Assembly: GCA_030167865.1 (NCBI GenBank)
Contig: JALAGF010002059.1
Location: 55,168-75,167 of the forward strand
Source of the DNA: Craspedostauros australis
Taxonomy: Eukaryota
Direction: 5' to 3'
DNA: 20,000 bases
The notes below the pieces were generated by a model. The model did no database searches and was not told the DNA's origin. It saw only the letters and a program-made list of their open reading frames with translations. This document shows positions 9,507 to 19,795 of this stretch, one piece after another. Position 1 is the first letter of the stretch. Every line of letters begins with the position of its first letter. A program made the translations under genes and the position numbers.

Positions 9507-11372
9507 ATGCTGGGCACGCAGTGGTTTTCACGTCCACGATGCCTCTACGCTGTCATCTTCGCGCTGATCTCGGTCACAGGAGGCAGGTTCCTCGCCCCAT
9601 TCTTGGAGCATGAGGGACATCTTTCCGAAGGCGACATAGGGACGGTGCTCGCGGCGCAGAAGTGCATGAGCACGCTGTCCGGATCCCTTGGTGGTGCGCT
9701 GGCCGACCGGTTGGAACGGAGGTACCCATGCAGAGGACGTGCCTTCGTTCTGATGGTCGGTTCCACTGCGGGCACGCTCGTCTTCCTCTTGCTGGGCATG
9801 CATCAGCTGTTCCCGGCATCCCCCTTCTTTCGCTGCGATGCATGGTTCATCCTGCTGCGATGCTGCTACTCCCTCAGCATGTCGCTCGTCTTCCCCGTCA
9901 TGGATGGCATGACGCTGTCCTTCATGCAGCAGGAGCAGCAGCAACGACCGTCATCGTCATCGTCATCGTCATCTGGTGACTTTGGGAAGGAACGGTTGTA
10001 CGGCGCCGTTTCGTGGGCTGCGATGCATCTCATCATTGGGCCGCTCATGGATAGGACGAATCCCAACGACGGATTCACTGTCTTTTACCCGCTGGCCGTT
10101 CTCGTTCTGGTAATCACCATCACGACTGTGGTGCTTCATGTCCGATCACAGACAACTCATCGCCACCATCGAATCAAGCATCGATCGAGTGACATCATGA
10201 CGCCTGATATTGATGTTAATGATGATGTTGATTGCGACCGCAGTGCCTTGGAGAGCCCTGGCAGAAGTGCCAATTCGTGGGGAGAGGACGATGGCGGTGC
10301 GACCAAAGCCTCTCTCAGCTGCAGCGAAGGCGCCAATGCCGATACATGCGCAATGGGCCGTCTATCGTTAGATACCGAACCAAATTATGGCGACGGCGAC
10401 GGTATCATCAAAGACCGATCCTCGAGTCCATCAATGAAGCATAATACTGGCATGTTGTCTCTGCAGTCAACAGCGCAAACAGCAGCCGCAGAATCAGCAG
10501 CGGCGGAAGCATCGGCAACAACAAGCTTCACGCAATGGAACATTCTCAGGATCCTGACAGGCACGACCCTCTCATCGTGCTTGCTTTTTGGCATTTTCTG
10601 CATGGCATTCGGTCAAGTCGTCGTCGAAAGCCTGGTATTCCTGTACTTCGAGTTCTTGGGCAGCTCCTACACCATGATGGGTATCACGGTGCTGCTCACG
10701 GTGGCGCTGGAAATTCCCATTTTCCAGATTGCACCCAGACTGCTGGAATGGCTGGGCACGGAACGAATGTTCCTGCTGGGTGCTGCTGCCTACATCGTTC
10801 GCGTGATTGGGTATTCCATCATCCCAACGGGCCAAATCGTGCTGGTGCTTGTCTTCGAACCCCTGCATGGAGTCACGTACGCGTGCGTGTTGACGGCGAC
10901 CATGGAGTACGCGGCCAAGCTGGTGCCGACGGGGTACGAAGCGACCGGGCAAGGCCTTGTCTCGATGATCCGCGGGATTAGTTCCATCTTGGGGTTGCTG
11001 TGGGGTGGGTACGGCAGCGCGGTGATCGGGCCGCGTTTGATGTACAGGGTAACGGCGCTGGTTGTGCTGCTTGGGTGTGCACCGTTGACTCTCCTGGCCA
11101 TCTTCCCTTCTGGATGGGTCACATCCTACTCACAGCTGCGCCAAACACCACTCGCAAGGGCCTCAAGCAGCGAGGCTGGCGACAGCCCATATTGTGACGA
11201 TGACGACAATGCTCATGCAAATACTATTAGTAGTAGCACGGGTATGCTCGCATCAAATGCTGATGCTTGCGGTGACGACGACGACGACGACGACGCAAAT
11301 GATGTCGTAACCTCCAAATCAATACGCGGACAACAATCGCATGATGCGGATGGCGACATCCAGTTGGTATAG
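9507..11372 (+). CDS. Major facilitator superfamily transporter, MFS_1_like / MFSD6-like (621 aa)
   Basis: Two bundles of hydrophobic helices separated by a long polar loop. Motifs GGALADRLERRY (MFS motif A-like), FGKERLYGAVSWAA (cf. YGxxRLWGxxGW of the MFSD6 group), LEIPIFQIAPRLLEWLG, EPLHGVTYA and ATGQGL. No intron is needed. Confidence 0.9.
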   Translation: MLGTQWFSRPRCLYAVIFALISVTGGRFLAPFLEHEGHLSEGDIGTVLAAQKCMSTLSGSLGGALADRLERRYPCRGRAFVLMVGSTAGTLVFLLLGMHQLFPASPFFRCDAWFILLRCCYSLSMSLVFPVMDGMTLSFMQQEQQQRPSSSSSSSSGDFGKERLYGAVSWAAMHLIIGPLMDRTNPNDGFTVFYPLAVLVLVITITTVVLHVRSQTTHRHHRIKHRSSDIMTPDIDVNDDVDCDRSALESPGRSANSWGEDDGGATKASLSCSEGANADTCAMGRLSLDTEPNYGDGDGIIKDRSSSPSMKHNTGMLSLQSTAQTAAAESAAAEASATTSFTQWNILRILTGTTLSSCLLFGIFCMAFGQVVVESLVFLYFEFLGSSYTMMGITVLLTVALEIPIFQIAPRLLEWLGTERMFLLGAAAYIVRVIGYSIIPTGQIVLVLVFEPLHGVTYACVLTATMEYAAKLVPTGYEATGQGLVSMIRGISSILGLLWGGYGSAVIGPRLMYRVTALVVLLGCAPLTLLAIFPSGWVTSYSQLRQTPLARASSSEAGDSPYCDDDDNAHANTISSSTGMLASNADACGDDDDDDDANDVVTSKSIRGQQSHDADGDIQLV

Positions 11373-11525
11373 AGGACTCGGAATCATTCCTAACTTCCAC
11401 TCGTACTCCGGCGAATCCCCAATGTATGTATAGTATTATTACAGCATCCAGCTTCCAACATGCAGTACATAATTCTCGAGCATTACTATTACGTAGGCAT
11501 GCATGGCACGTGCCCTGTCTAGCTA

Positions 11526-14111
11526 CTACTCCTTCATCAGGCCCTTCTTCTTGAGCATGTATGTGATATCAGGGTCACGTCCTCGGAACTGACGGAACAG
11601 CTCATCTGGTGCCACAGTGTTGCCCGCGCTGTAAATGAACTTCCTCGCCTTCTCGGACGTTTCGGAATCGAAAATATCTCCAGACTCCTTGAATGCCCCG
11701 AAGGCGTCGGCATCCAGCACCTCGGCCCAAAGGTAGACGTAGTATCCCGCTGCGTACCCCTCGGTGGCAAACAGATGAGCGAAGTGCGCTGGTCTGTGAC
11801 GCATCACGATGCCCTGCGGCATGCCCAATCGAGCCAGCTCCGCCTTTTCGAAATCCACCAAATCGAACGTCTCATCGGAGTAATCGCTTTGGGAATGCAA
11901 GGCCATGTCCATCAACGCACACGCCGTGTACTCGATGGTCTCGAATCCTTGATTGAAGAATTCGGCGGCCTTGAGCTTGTCCAGCAGGTGTCCTGGGATT
12001 GCCTCTCCAGTCTGGTAATGGCCGGCGAACTCTTCCAACACGGAGCGCTGCTCAAACCAGTGCTCCATCAACTGAGACGGGAGCTCGACGAAATCCCGAA
12101 GGACGTTGGTGGATGCCAGCGTGCCGTACGTGGCATCCGAGAGCATGCCGTGATGGCCGTGGCCGAATTCATGGAAGAGCGTCGTGGAGTCTGAATTCAT
12201 GAAATCATGTAAAGCATGATGATGAGGCACGAATTCGTATGTACAAGCGACACCGAGTGTGCCGTCCCATGCCATAGCGGATGGAGCGACAGAAGAGGAA
12301 TGCGTGAGAGGCGAAAGACGAATGGAAATACTCTGGTCCAAGTACTCGCAGGTTGTCTGAAGTGTACGAAGCACGTATGGCGATCCATTGACCAATCATG
12401 CATGGAACAGCGCAGTGCAGGCATTTGCATCGAACTCACCATCAAATCCAAGCAACGTCGTGCTGCTTCCTTTGGCCAAGTTGTTGTTGTTGCAAACGAT
12501 CGGAATGCCTTCCATTGCATCTTCATCTGGTCCCAAGTTCTTGGTCTGAGATCGCAGTTCCGACATCCACGCTCCGCTTCCCTTGAACGGGCGAGCGAAG
12601 TTGTCATGCAGGAAGATGGCGACCAAATCTCCGCTCTTGCGAACTTCGAACACGTCGACGTCGGGATGGTAGGCCTGGATGTCGTTGCGTGGCACGTATT
12701 CCAGACCGAACAGCTTGTTGGACACGGCGAACATGGACTTGCGGACAGAATCCAAGCTCAGGTACGGTTTCAACACGCTTTCGTCGAAGTCGTACTTCTC
12801 CTTTCGGACCTTCTCCGCGACGAAGCGCCAATCCCACGGCTCGACGGTGCCGCTCTCTCCGAAATCCAGGCCGTGCTGCTGAACGTACTCCTCCAGCGCC
12901 TTGCGTTCTTCATCTGCGGATACTTTGGCACGATTCCAAACGTTCTCGAGAAGCTCCATGACGGCCTCCGGCGTTTTCGCCATGCGGTCCACGCACTGGT
13001 ACTCCGCGAACGACTCGAATCCGTGCAGGGCGGCCTGTCGTTGTCGCAGCTGCAAGATCTTGCGCGCGATGGTCAAATTGTCACGCTCTGCGTTGAGCTG
13101 ACCGCGGTTGGTCCACGCCTCCCATGCCTCCTTGCGCAGGGCGCGGTTGGGGCAGTACATGAGGAACGGTTCCACGGAAGAGCGGCTCAAGGTGATGACG
13201 TACTCGTCGTCGCCTGTCTTGTTGCGGTCCGTCGCGGCCTGCTTGGCCGCTTCCACCAAGGAATCCGGACAATCCTCCAAATCCTTCGGCGAGACGATGA
13301 GCTCGTACTCGGACTCGTCCTTCATGATGTTCTGCTGGAACTTGGTCGTCAACGTGGCGAGCTCCGCCTTGATGGACGCGTACTCCTCTTGCTGCTTGCC
13401 ATCGAAGTGTGCGCCGGCGCGTTTGAAATTCATGTGGATGCGTTCCACCAGACGCAGCTGCTCGGGCGTCAAGGAGAGGCTGTCGCGCTGCTCGTGGATC
13501 GCATCGATCTTGTCGAAGAGACCAGGCAGCATGTAGGTCCTGCTGAAGTGCTTGCTGAGGATGGGGGACATCTTCGTCTGCACGGCCTGCAGCTCGTCGG
13601 TGTTGACGGAGCTGCAGAGGTTGCTGTAGACGGCGGACACCTTTCCCAGCAGCGAGCCGCTGCGATCGTACACTTGGACGACGTTCTCGAAGGTGGGGCT
13701 TTCCGCGCTGTCCACGATGGCTTGCAGGTCCTCCAAATGGCGCTTCATGCCCTCGGCAAGGGCAGGTTCGAAGTGCTCAGTGAGGATGTCACCGAAGGGC
13801 GGCATGCGGAAAGGCTGCGACGACCAATCCGAAAGCAGCGGGTTGCCGCCATTCTGAGGGCTGTCATCTGTGACCGCCATGTTTGCGCAGCTGTCTGCGG
13901 ACGAAGTCGAGGCCGAAAAGCTGGCCGTGCCGCTGCTGAACACTCTGTTGCCTGAAGCCGGCAGCGAAGGATTGGACGAGGAAGCAAAGGCCGCTGCGGA
14001 TGAGAACAACAGCGAGGATCGACCTGGGGCAAAGCCGCTTGCTCGGGATACGTTCGTTGCTGCGATGGCGGTGATGGACGTCCAGAACCTCGTTGAGAAT
14101 GACAAGCGCAT
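11526..14111 (-). CDS. dcp: M3A-family zinc metallopeptidase, peptidyl-dipeptidase Dcp-like (exons 14111-12440 and 12190-11526; 778 aa) with an N-terminal organellar presequence
   Basis: Splicing gives LLGFD-D-STTLFHEFGHGHHGMLS (HEXXH at 12173-12159), then RDFVELPSQLMEHW (third Zn ligand) and HFAHLF..GYAAGYYVYLWAEVLDAD, FRGRDP. Exon 1 has NPLL...PPF, EPWDW and KGSGAWMS, all Dcp/oligopeptidase A hallmarks. Confidence 0.93.
12191..12439 (-). other. Spliceosomal intron (249 nt, phase 1) in the dcp gene
   Basis: Minus-strand GTGAGT donor at 12439 and TTCAG acceptor ending at 12191. The junction G|AC = Asp restores the conserved FDD..TLFHEFGH. Confidence 0.92.
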
Positions 14112-14621
14112 GCTTCCGACACGATGTCAAGGAATCAAATGCGCAATCAAGGACAGTATTACAATATTATGATGCTATTATATGAACCGTGAGGGTGAGC
14201 ATCAGCACGACTATGATGACGAACAGCGCTTCTGGGTGTGGGTACGGATGCGGACGAATGCAGGATTCAGCGTTTTGTTGACACCTCCAGCAGATGTGGA
14301 AAGAACATGGGCGAAGAAAGATCGCATCACCAAAGCTCGTTTTGGGATGCGTGGCGTCATAAAAGACCATAATTGAAATGCAAAAAGTCGCCAAATCAAA
14401 AACAACAACAGAAATACGACGAATTCATCAATATTTCTGACTGTCTCAGTCTACAATCATGTGTGTAGAAAGTAATCCACAACCCAAACTAATATGTATC
14501 ACTCTTCGGTGTGCCCGATCTCAGGCTAAGCATCTACACACGATTGATTCGACGTCAACGCGACGCTCTCCGTCGTTTCGTCCATCGGCAGCACAGCCCT
14601 GGCCACCTTGGGAGAGTGCTG

Positions 14622-17600
14622 TCAGGTTGGATGCCAACTCTTCACGTATCGGGGTCGAGATTGGCGGATGAGGTCGACCTTCAACAGGCATCCCCATGCG
14701 TGGTAGTGCTTCAACGCCTGCTCCAAGTATTGCTTGATCGTATCATCGGAAACGACACCATTGGGATGGCGGGCATCGCCATTGTTTCGCCTGTGCTTGG
14801 CTCCCGCCTGCTCCTTGCTTCGGATGAGGTGCTCCGCAGCGAGCTCGTAGCCGAGCGCAACAATCTGAATGGATGATTCTTCGAGTGCTACTTGGATGGC
14901 TGTTTCGTACGCTCCCAGTACCTTGTGGATAAGACGGGGATCCCCCTTGTTATCTGACAGTGATCGATCTTCTGCTTCCAATAGCAGCTTGCAGAGACGA
15001 AGGCCATTTCCCTTCTTCTGGACGATGTCTTGGAGGGTGGTCAGCTGCGCACGGAGCTTTCGCCTGTACATCCGCTTCTTCGTTTTCCTGTACATGGCGG
15101 ATGCTGTCAAGCCTGTCATGTAGAAGCGATCTTGCCTCACGATGTACGCTTCGTTGTTATCGCCAACATTGCGAAAGATTCTCATCAGCCGGTATGCCGC
15201 CTCGTACTGCTCGCCATAGTACGCCACACAGGCAACGGTGAAGGAGTCCAACTTCAGCTCGTACTGCTGTGAAGGCTCTGGTGGATCGTTCTCCAGGTCT
15301 CTCATTGACTGGACCTCGATGCGTGCCCAATCTACCTTCTCGACTCCGCTCAGAGAATTCGCGAGCCGAAGGTAGGAGTGGGAAACCTCATCCATCGAAG
15401 CGACCCGGTACATCCGAGACTGCTGCAGTGTGTGGTTGACGCTTTCCCTCAGCTCCTCCAAGGTGCAGTCCTGGAAGTATAGCGCCCCGAAGCGGCACTG
15501 CAGCATTCGAAGACCCAGCTCAAAATCACCCGCCTGCATTGAGCGGTAGTGCGCTTGGAGCACAAGTTGATCGATTTCTTCCTTTGGCAGGCTGTACCGA
15601 TAGACATATTCGATCGCACCGATGTTCACCAGCCCGACAAAGGTGTCGCTGTGTATCATGTCCTGCATCCGCTGCGTGATGTTAGTACACCGCATTGCTG
15701 ACGCATAATCGCCCATCACATCGCCAAAGAGCATACCAAAGCCATTGAAGCCAATCACGGATGCTTCGCATATGCCATACTTGATCGTCATCTTGACTAG
15801 CTTGCATGTTTGCACCATCCATGAAATAGGATCATCGACCATGATCGATCGATGTCCAAGTTCGCAACCAATCTGCATGGCGACATCCATTCGATAGTTA
15901 TCCATCAAGGGCAATCCCAAGATCTCTTCATCCGTGTGCCTCTTCACGTAAGACTTGATCTTCAGCATATCCCTCAGGATGTGCAAAGGATAAAAGCGAC
16001 GAGGAAATACATGAAGCATGTGGAGCACGTTCATACTAAGTGACAACGACTCTGCGTGCTTGTTCTCTCGTCCCAGAGCACGCGCCATCAAGAGATACGT
16101 CTGCAGCTTCTCATCCAGCGTCATCGCCCTATCAATCACCTCATTGCCGAGCTTGTATCCAACCTCGAAGCGACCAAGGGACAACTCAACCTCTGTTCTT
16201 ACTTGGCACAGCCGAAGAGCGACGTTGTAGTGGTCATCCCATGGATTCCGGACACGCTTCAATGAATTGGATGCCTTGTGCAGATAGCTGGCAGCGGAAG
16301 CAAGAGCAGCCATCTGCAGCGCCTTCTCTCCGACGCGCAGGTTCATGGCGACCGAGAACATGTGATCCTTGGTTTGGACGCTGTTGAGATGGTCTGCCGC
16401 GACGAAGAGCAGTGTGTCATCTTGTTGCGGCGAATGTGGATGGTATTGTGTGGAATAGTCTATTTTGGAGTATTCTTGAGGGTCCTCCATTTGCAGTGGT
16501 TCCACGTTGGCCTTGCCACCTTCAGGAGAACCTTGATGATCACCTTGATGATCACCTTGATGAGCATCTTGATGAGCATCTTGATGGTCGATGCCAAGGC
16601 CTGTGTGATCGATTTCTTGTGCTTGCGTGTACAGATCGAGGAGGCAATGGCCAATCCTCACCCTCAGCTTGTCCCTGACCTCGCCGTATGGAATGAGTCC
16701 GTATGCGGCCTGTTGGATGCGATCATGAGCGAACTGGTATCTGTGCTTGGCAGTGGTGGACTTGATGATGAGCCGTTCGGTGATGGCCTGTTGAAGGATT
16801 GACATCACCTTGGATTGGGTCCATGCGGATGCGGATACGCTTGATGAGGCATGCGCCCGTTCGCGATCCAGTACCTTGTGGAGAGTGGAGAGATCAAAAC
16901 GAGCCCGGATGTATGATGCGACCGACAACACATGCTGCACATCATCTGACAGCTGTTTCAGCTGACTCTCAATGGCAGCAACGATGTTGTCACTGATGGG
17001 AAGATCATGATCGTCGTCTTCGTCGTCATCGCCGTCGCCGTCGCCATCGTCTTGGCCGTCACCGAAGGCGCTGGTGGTGCCGAAGCCAACTCGCGTGTTG
17101 GTGTTGGTGTTGCGGTTCTTGTTCTTGTTCTTCGTTGGCAGGTTCCACTCCCACATGAAGGTGATGCGGCTGAACACGATGATGTTCTTGCACTTCAGCT
17201 CTTCGATGGCTTGGAGCGTGAAGAAGACATTGCCATGAGTCTTCTTGTAGAGCTTCTTCGTGAGGACGAGCAGATCGGGATCATCCTGTGGACGATCGAA
17301 CATGTCGGACAGCCAGTGCGCCGTGTCATCGAGTGAGAGGTTGGCGATGGTGATTTGTTCGAGGTGCGGTCGTTGTTGTGATTGTTGTTGTGACTGCTCC
17401 TGCCCTTGGTTCTGCTGGTTCTGATCGCTGACGATGCGCCCTGCTTCACTCGATCTCCCATCATTCCCATGACCACCCATAGTATCCTTATCGACGGTAT
17501 CATCATGTGATACCAATCGATCCAGGAATGAGGTCCTCAACGCTGCATCTGCTTGCAGCTCGATGACCTCGTTGTTGTGAGGATCAGTGTCCTGTCGGAT

Positions 17601-18827
17601 GGCACCAAGCAACATGAAGCTGTCCAGGTCAGGATCGGCGATCAATGTTGCAAGGAGCTCCAGTCCAGCAGATGATGACCACTGCAAGTCATCGAGGAAC
17701 AGGTACACAGGCTTGGTCGGTGTGGAGATGGCCTTCATGAACTGGATGAAGATGTATTGGAGCCGATTCCATGCGTTTTGCGAGCTTCCGGCTGATGATT
17801 GGCCGTGCGCAATGGATCGCTGCGTGCTTGACATGACGGATGGTGAGATTGACATAGATCTGGATACCACGGATGCTTGATCATCCGATGGAGAGGGTAT
17901 GATCGATTGCGAGATGACGGATGGAGTTGTTGTTGTGGTGTTGCCGTCGGTCAAGAGGATGGAGAGCGATGGCACCAACGCAGTCAAACCCGACAGCTCG
18001 AGTCGGAATCCCGTGCCTCTTCCTGTGCTTGATCTGTTGGTGTTGACACTATCGCCGCTATTCGCGTGAGTGTAGGTACCAGGGTGTGTGATGTTGTCTG
18101 GTTTGGTACCATCATTGCTGCCACCGTTCCGTGTACCGCTGGTTCCTGTTTGACGACCACTGAATGCAGTACCAATCAGCGACCGCATTCGATCCAGCTC
18201 TTCCGGTGGTCCGTGCTTGAGTTGCGTCGCCAGATCATCGAGAGCTTGGATGATGCCAGAGAAGGGCTCGCTGCCGCCTGTTCCTTCATCGTACTTCCCG
18301 CGCAGCACATAGCAGCATGAGCAGCATGCGTCGTTGATGAACTGCTCCACCATACATGACTTGCCCGTTCCGCTTGTTCCCCACACGAGCACCGCTGGAT
18401 AGATGGGTGGTCGTTGTTGGTGGCCATCGCCATTCTTTTGTTGCGAGCCATTGCTCTTGATGATCGTAGTCTGGATGGACTTGAGCTTGCGCAGTTCTGC
18501 TGTCCTTCCGAAGAATGCTTGGTCGGTTGTTCCCTCTGCCGGCTCTGTTGCGGCTGCCGATGCGTTGTTGATGCTTGTACGTGCAGAGAGGGATGAATCG
18601 TGTTGGTGGTGGAGCTTCGCCGCGTGGTTGTTGTTGTTTCCACCAAGAGCACCATCGCCGTCGGTTCCGCGAATGCTGCTGCGGAGGTTGGCGGAGTTGG
18701 GCTGGTATGTGGACGGCAGATCGACTGCATTCTGCTCCTCCTCGGTGTATCCATCATCGTAGAACTCGCGTCCGGACGTGAGGACATCGAAAGCAGCGAC
18801 AGTCTGGGATGGTCTGATGGGCTTCAT
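14622..18827 (-). CDS. STAND-class P-loop ATPase (AAA_16 / COG3899-like) with winged-helix and TPR-like C-terminal region, 1401 aa, lacking kinase, GAF and histidine-kinase domains
   Basis: FFGRTAELRKL; Walker A GTSGTGKS (18380-18357); GKYDE...EPFSGI; Walker B LFLDDLQW (17702-17679); KTHGNVFF; YQFAHDRIQQAAY (FAHD...Y 16733-16701); ADHLN; C-terminal ALKHYHAWGCLLKV (cf. WGAxxKV). Single uninterrupted ORF. Confidence 0.9.
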   Translation of the reverse strand: MKPIRPSQTVAAFDVLTSGREFYDDGYTEEEQNAVDLPSTYQPNSANLRSSIRGTDGDGALGGNNNNHAAKLHHQHDSSLSARTSINNASAAATEPAEGTTDQAFFGRTAELRKLKSIQTTIIKSNGSQQKNGDGHQQRPPIYPAVLVWGTSGTGKSCMVEQFINDACCSCCYVLRGKYDEGTGGSEPFSGIIQALDDLATQLKHGPPEELDRMRSLIGTAFSGRQTGTSGTRNGGSNDGTKPDNITHPGTYTHANSGDSVNTNRSSTGRGTGFRLELSGLTALVPSLSILLTDGNTTTTTPSVISQSIIPSPSDDQASVVSRSMSISPSVMSSTQRSIAHGQSSAGSSQNAWNRLQYIFIQFMKAISTPTKPVYLFLDDLQWSSSAGLELLATLIADPDLDSFMLLGAIRQDTDPHNNEVIELQADAALRTSFLDRLVSHDDTVDKDTMGGHGNDGRSSEAGRIVSDQNQQNQGQEQSQQQSQQRPHLEQITIANLSLDDTAHWLSDMFDRPQDDPDLLVLTKKLYKKTHGNVFFTLQAIEELKCKNIIVFSRITFMWEWNLPTKNKNKNRNTNTNTRVGFGTTSAFGDGQDDGDGDGDDDEDDDHDLPISDNIVAAIESQLKQLSDDVQHVLSVASYIRARFDLSTLHKVLDRERAHASSSVSASAWTQSKVMSILQQAITERLIIKSTTAKHRYQFAHDRIQQAAYGLIPYGEVRDKLRVRIGHCLLDLYTQAQEIDHTGLGIDHQDAHQDAHQGDHQGDHQGSPEGGKANVEPLQMEDPQEYSKIDYSTQYHPHSPQQDDTLLFVAADHLNSVQTKDHMFSVAMNLRVGEKALQMAALASAASYLHKASNSLKRVRNPWDDHYNVALRLCQVRTEVELSLGRFEVGYKLGNEVIDRAMTLDEKLQTYLLMARALGRENKHAESLSLSMNVLHMLHVFPRRFYPLHILRDMLKIKSYVKRHTDEEILGLPLMDNYRMDVAMQIGCELGHRSIMVDDPISWMVQTCKLVKMTIKYGICEASVIGFNGFGMLFGDVMGDYASAMRCTNITQRMQDMIHSDTFVGLVNIGAIEYVYRYSLPKEEIDQLVLQAHYRSMQAGDFELGLRMLQCRFGALYFQDCTLEELRESVNHTLQQSRMYRVASMDEVSHSYLRLANSLSGVEKVDWARIEVQSMRDLENDPPEPSQQYELKLDSFTVACVAYYGEQYEAAYRLMRIFRNVGDNNEAYIVRQDRFYMTGLTASAMYRKTKKRMYRRKLRAQLTTLQDIVQKKGNGLRLCKLLLEAEDRSLSDNKGDPRLIHKVLGAYETAIQVALEESSIQIVALGYELAAEHLIRSKEQAGAKHRRNNGDARHPNGVVSDDTIKQYLEQALKHYHAWGCLLKVDLIRQSRPRYVKSWHPT
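16531..16590 (-). repeat. 5 x 12-bp in-frame coding minisatellite (HQDA HQDA HQGD HQGD HQG)
   Basis: Plus strand: ccttgatgatca x2, ccttgatgagca, tcttgatgagca, tcttgatggtcg. Confidence 0.9.
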
Positions 18828-19371
18828 TGTTCAATCTGCGTCTGTTGTCTTTGTGGCAATGCAGGTCCACGTTGGTTGATACTCCTGAGACCGAATTGGA
18901 CGGAAGGCGAGGGTGCTGCCTGTACGATTTCTGGGGTGCTGATCGGCGCTTCCTGAGATGGGAAGTCGTGGCTGTGGGCACCAACAATGATTCGTGACTG
19001 TGTTTGTGGCGGTTGCCTTTCCCTCAGTGTCGCATTCGATGCGCTTTGCTGTGGATTGGTGGTGCGAGGGACTCATTTTGTCAGCGGAACTGATCAATGT
19101 GAAGGAAGGCGTTCCTGTCCTTACGACAAAGAAAAAAAAAGCGGCTTGGGCAGGCACAAGAACAGTGTCCAAACGTTATTCGTGTTCTGCTGTGAATGCC
19201 AGGAACACCCAACATTTTGTCCGATTTTCATTTTTCTAGCTCGTGACTTAATATAACGGGACTCAATACACGGCGTTGAGACAGAAAAGTGAATCAGCCG
19301 AAATCCCAAAAAGCATACTTAGGGTTACGCTATTTTACTTCAATTGTGGTTCGTTCACGCTCATCAAGAGA

Positions 19372-19545
19372 GACCGGACAAAACCGGAGAAACTAGGTCA
19401 GACCGGACAGACCGGACAAAATGACCGGACAAAACGGACAGACCGGACAAAACGACCGGACAAACCGGACAAAATGACCGGACAGACCGGACAAAACGGC
19501 CGGACAAAATTAACGAACTTAGCGGACACTGTTAACGGACAGTGT
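19372..19545. repeat. CCGGAC(A) motif array with 9/13-bp spacing, ending in a 7-bp-stem hairpin
   Basis: Exact CCGGAC at 19374, 19403, 19412, 19425, 19443, 19456, 19465, 19478, 19487 and 19500; one-mismatch variants at 19384, 19434, 19522 and 19535. ACACTGT-taacgg-ACAGTGT at 19526-19545. Confidence 0.9.
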
Positions 19546-19795
19546 ACCCAAACCTGCACTGAAGGTCGGCGCGGCAACGTGCGATGGATCAAATGGGAGC
19601 AACATTGCGAGTGTCTGGGTTGAGCGTGGAGGACTACCTCCGGCAAGTATTTTTGGTTGATGCGATTAGTATGTGGAAAGTAGATAGCAAAAGCTGTGAA
19701 GAGTGATGCTGGTTCTTAATGTTTCGTACTCCATTCTGAGACACTTTGCTCAAGTTCAATACGCTCTACTCAATTGAGGGTTGCCGTGCTTGGTT

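Noticed and set aside
12216..13955. 579-aa plus-strand ORF antisense to dcp
   Set aside because: Shadow ORF expected from the GC-rich third codon positions of the real gene; no recognisable motifs.
9507..18827. MFS + peptidase + STAND ATPase as a single operon-like system (peptide import, processing and sensing)
   Set aside because: Eukaryotic genes in mixed orientation with likely different compartments. Adjacency alone is not evidence; conserved synteny across diatoms would be needed.
19276..19646. ORFs with GQTGQ / CPVCPV repeats, and a CRISPR or telomere reading of the array
   Set aside because: The peptides are just translations of the CCGGAC array. There are no unique spacers or cas genes, and only one TTAGGG (19319).
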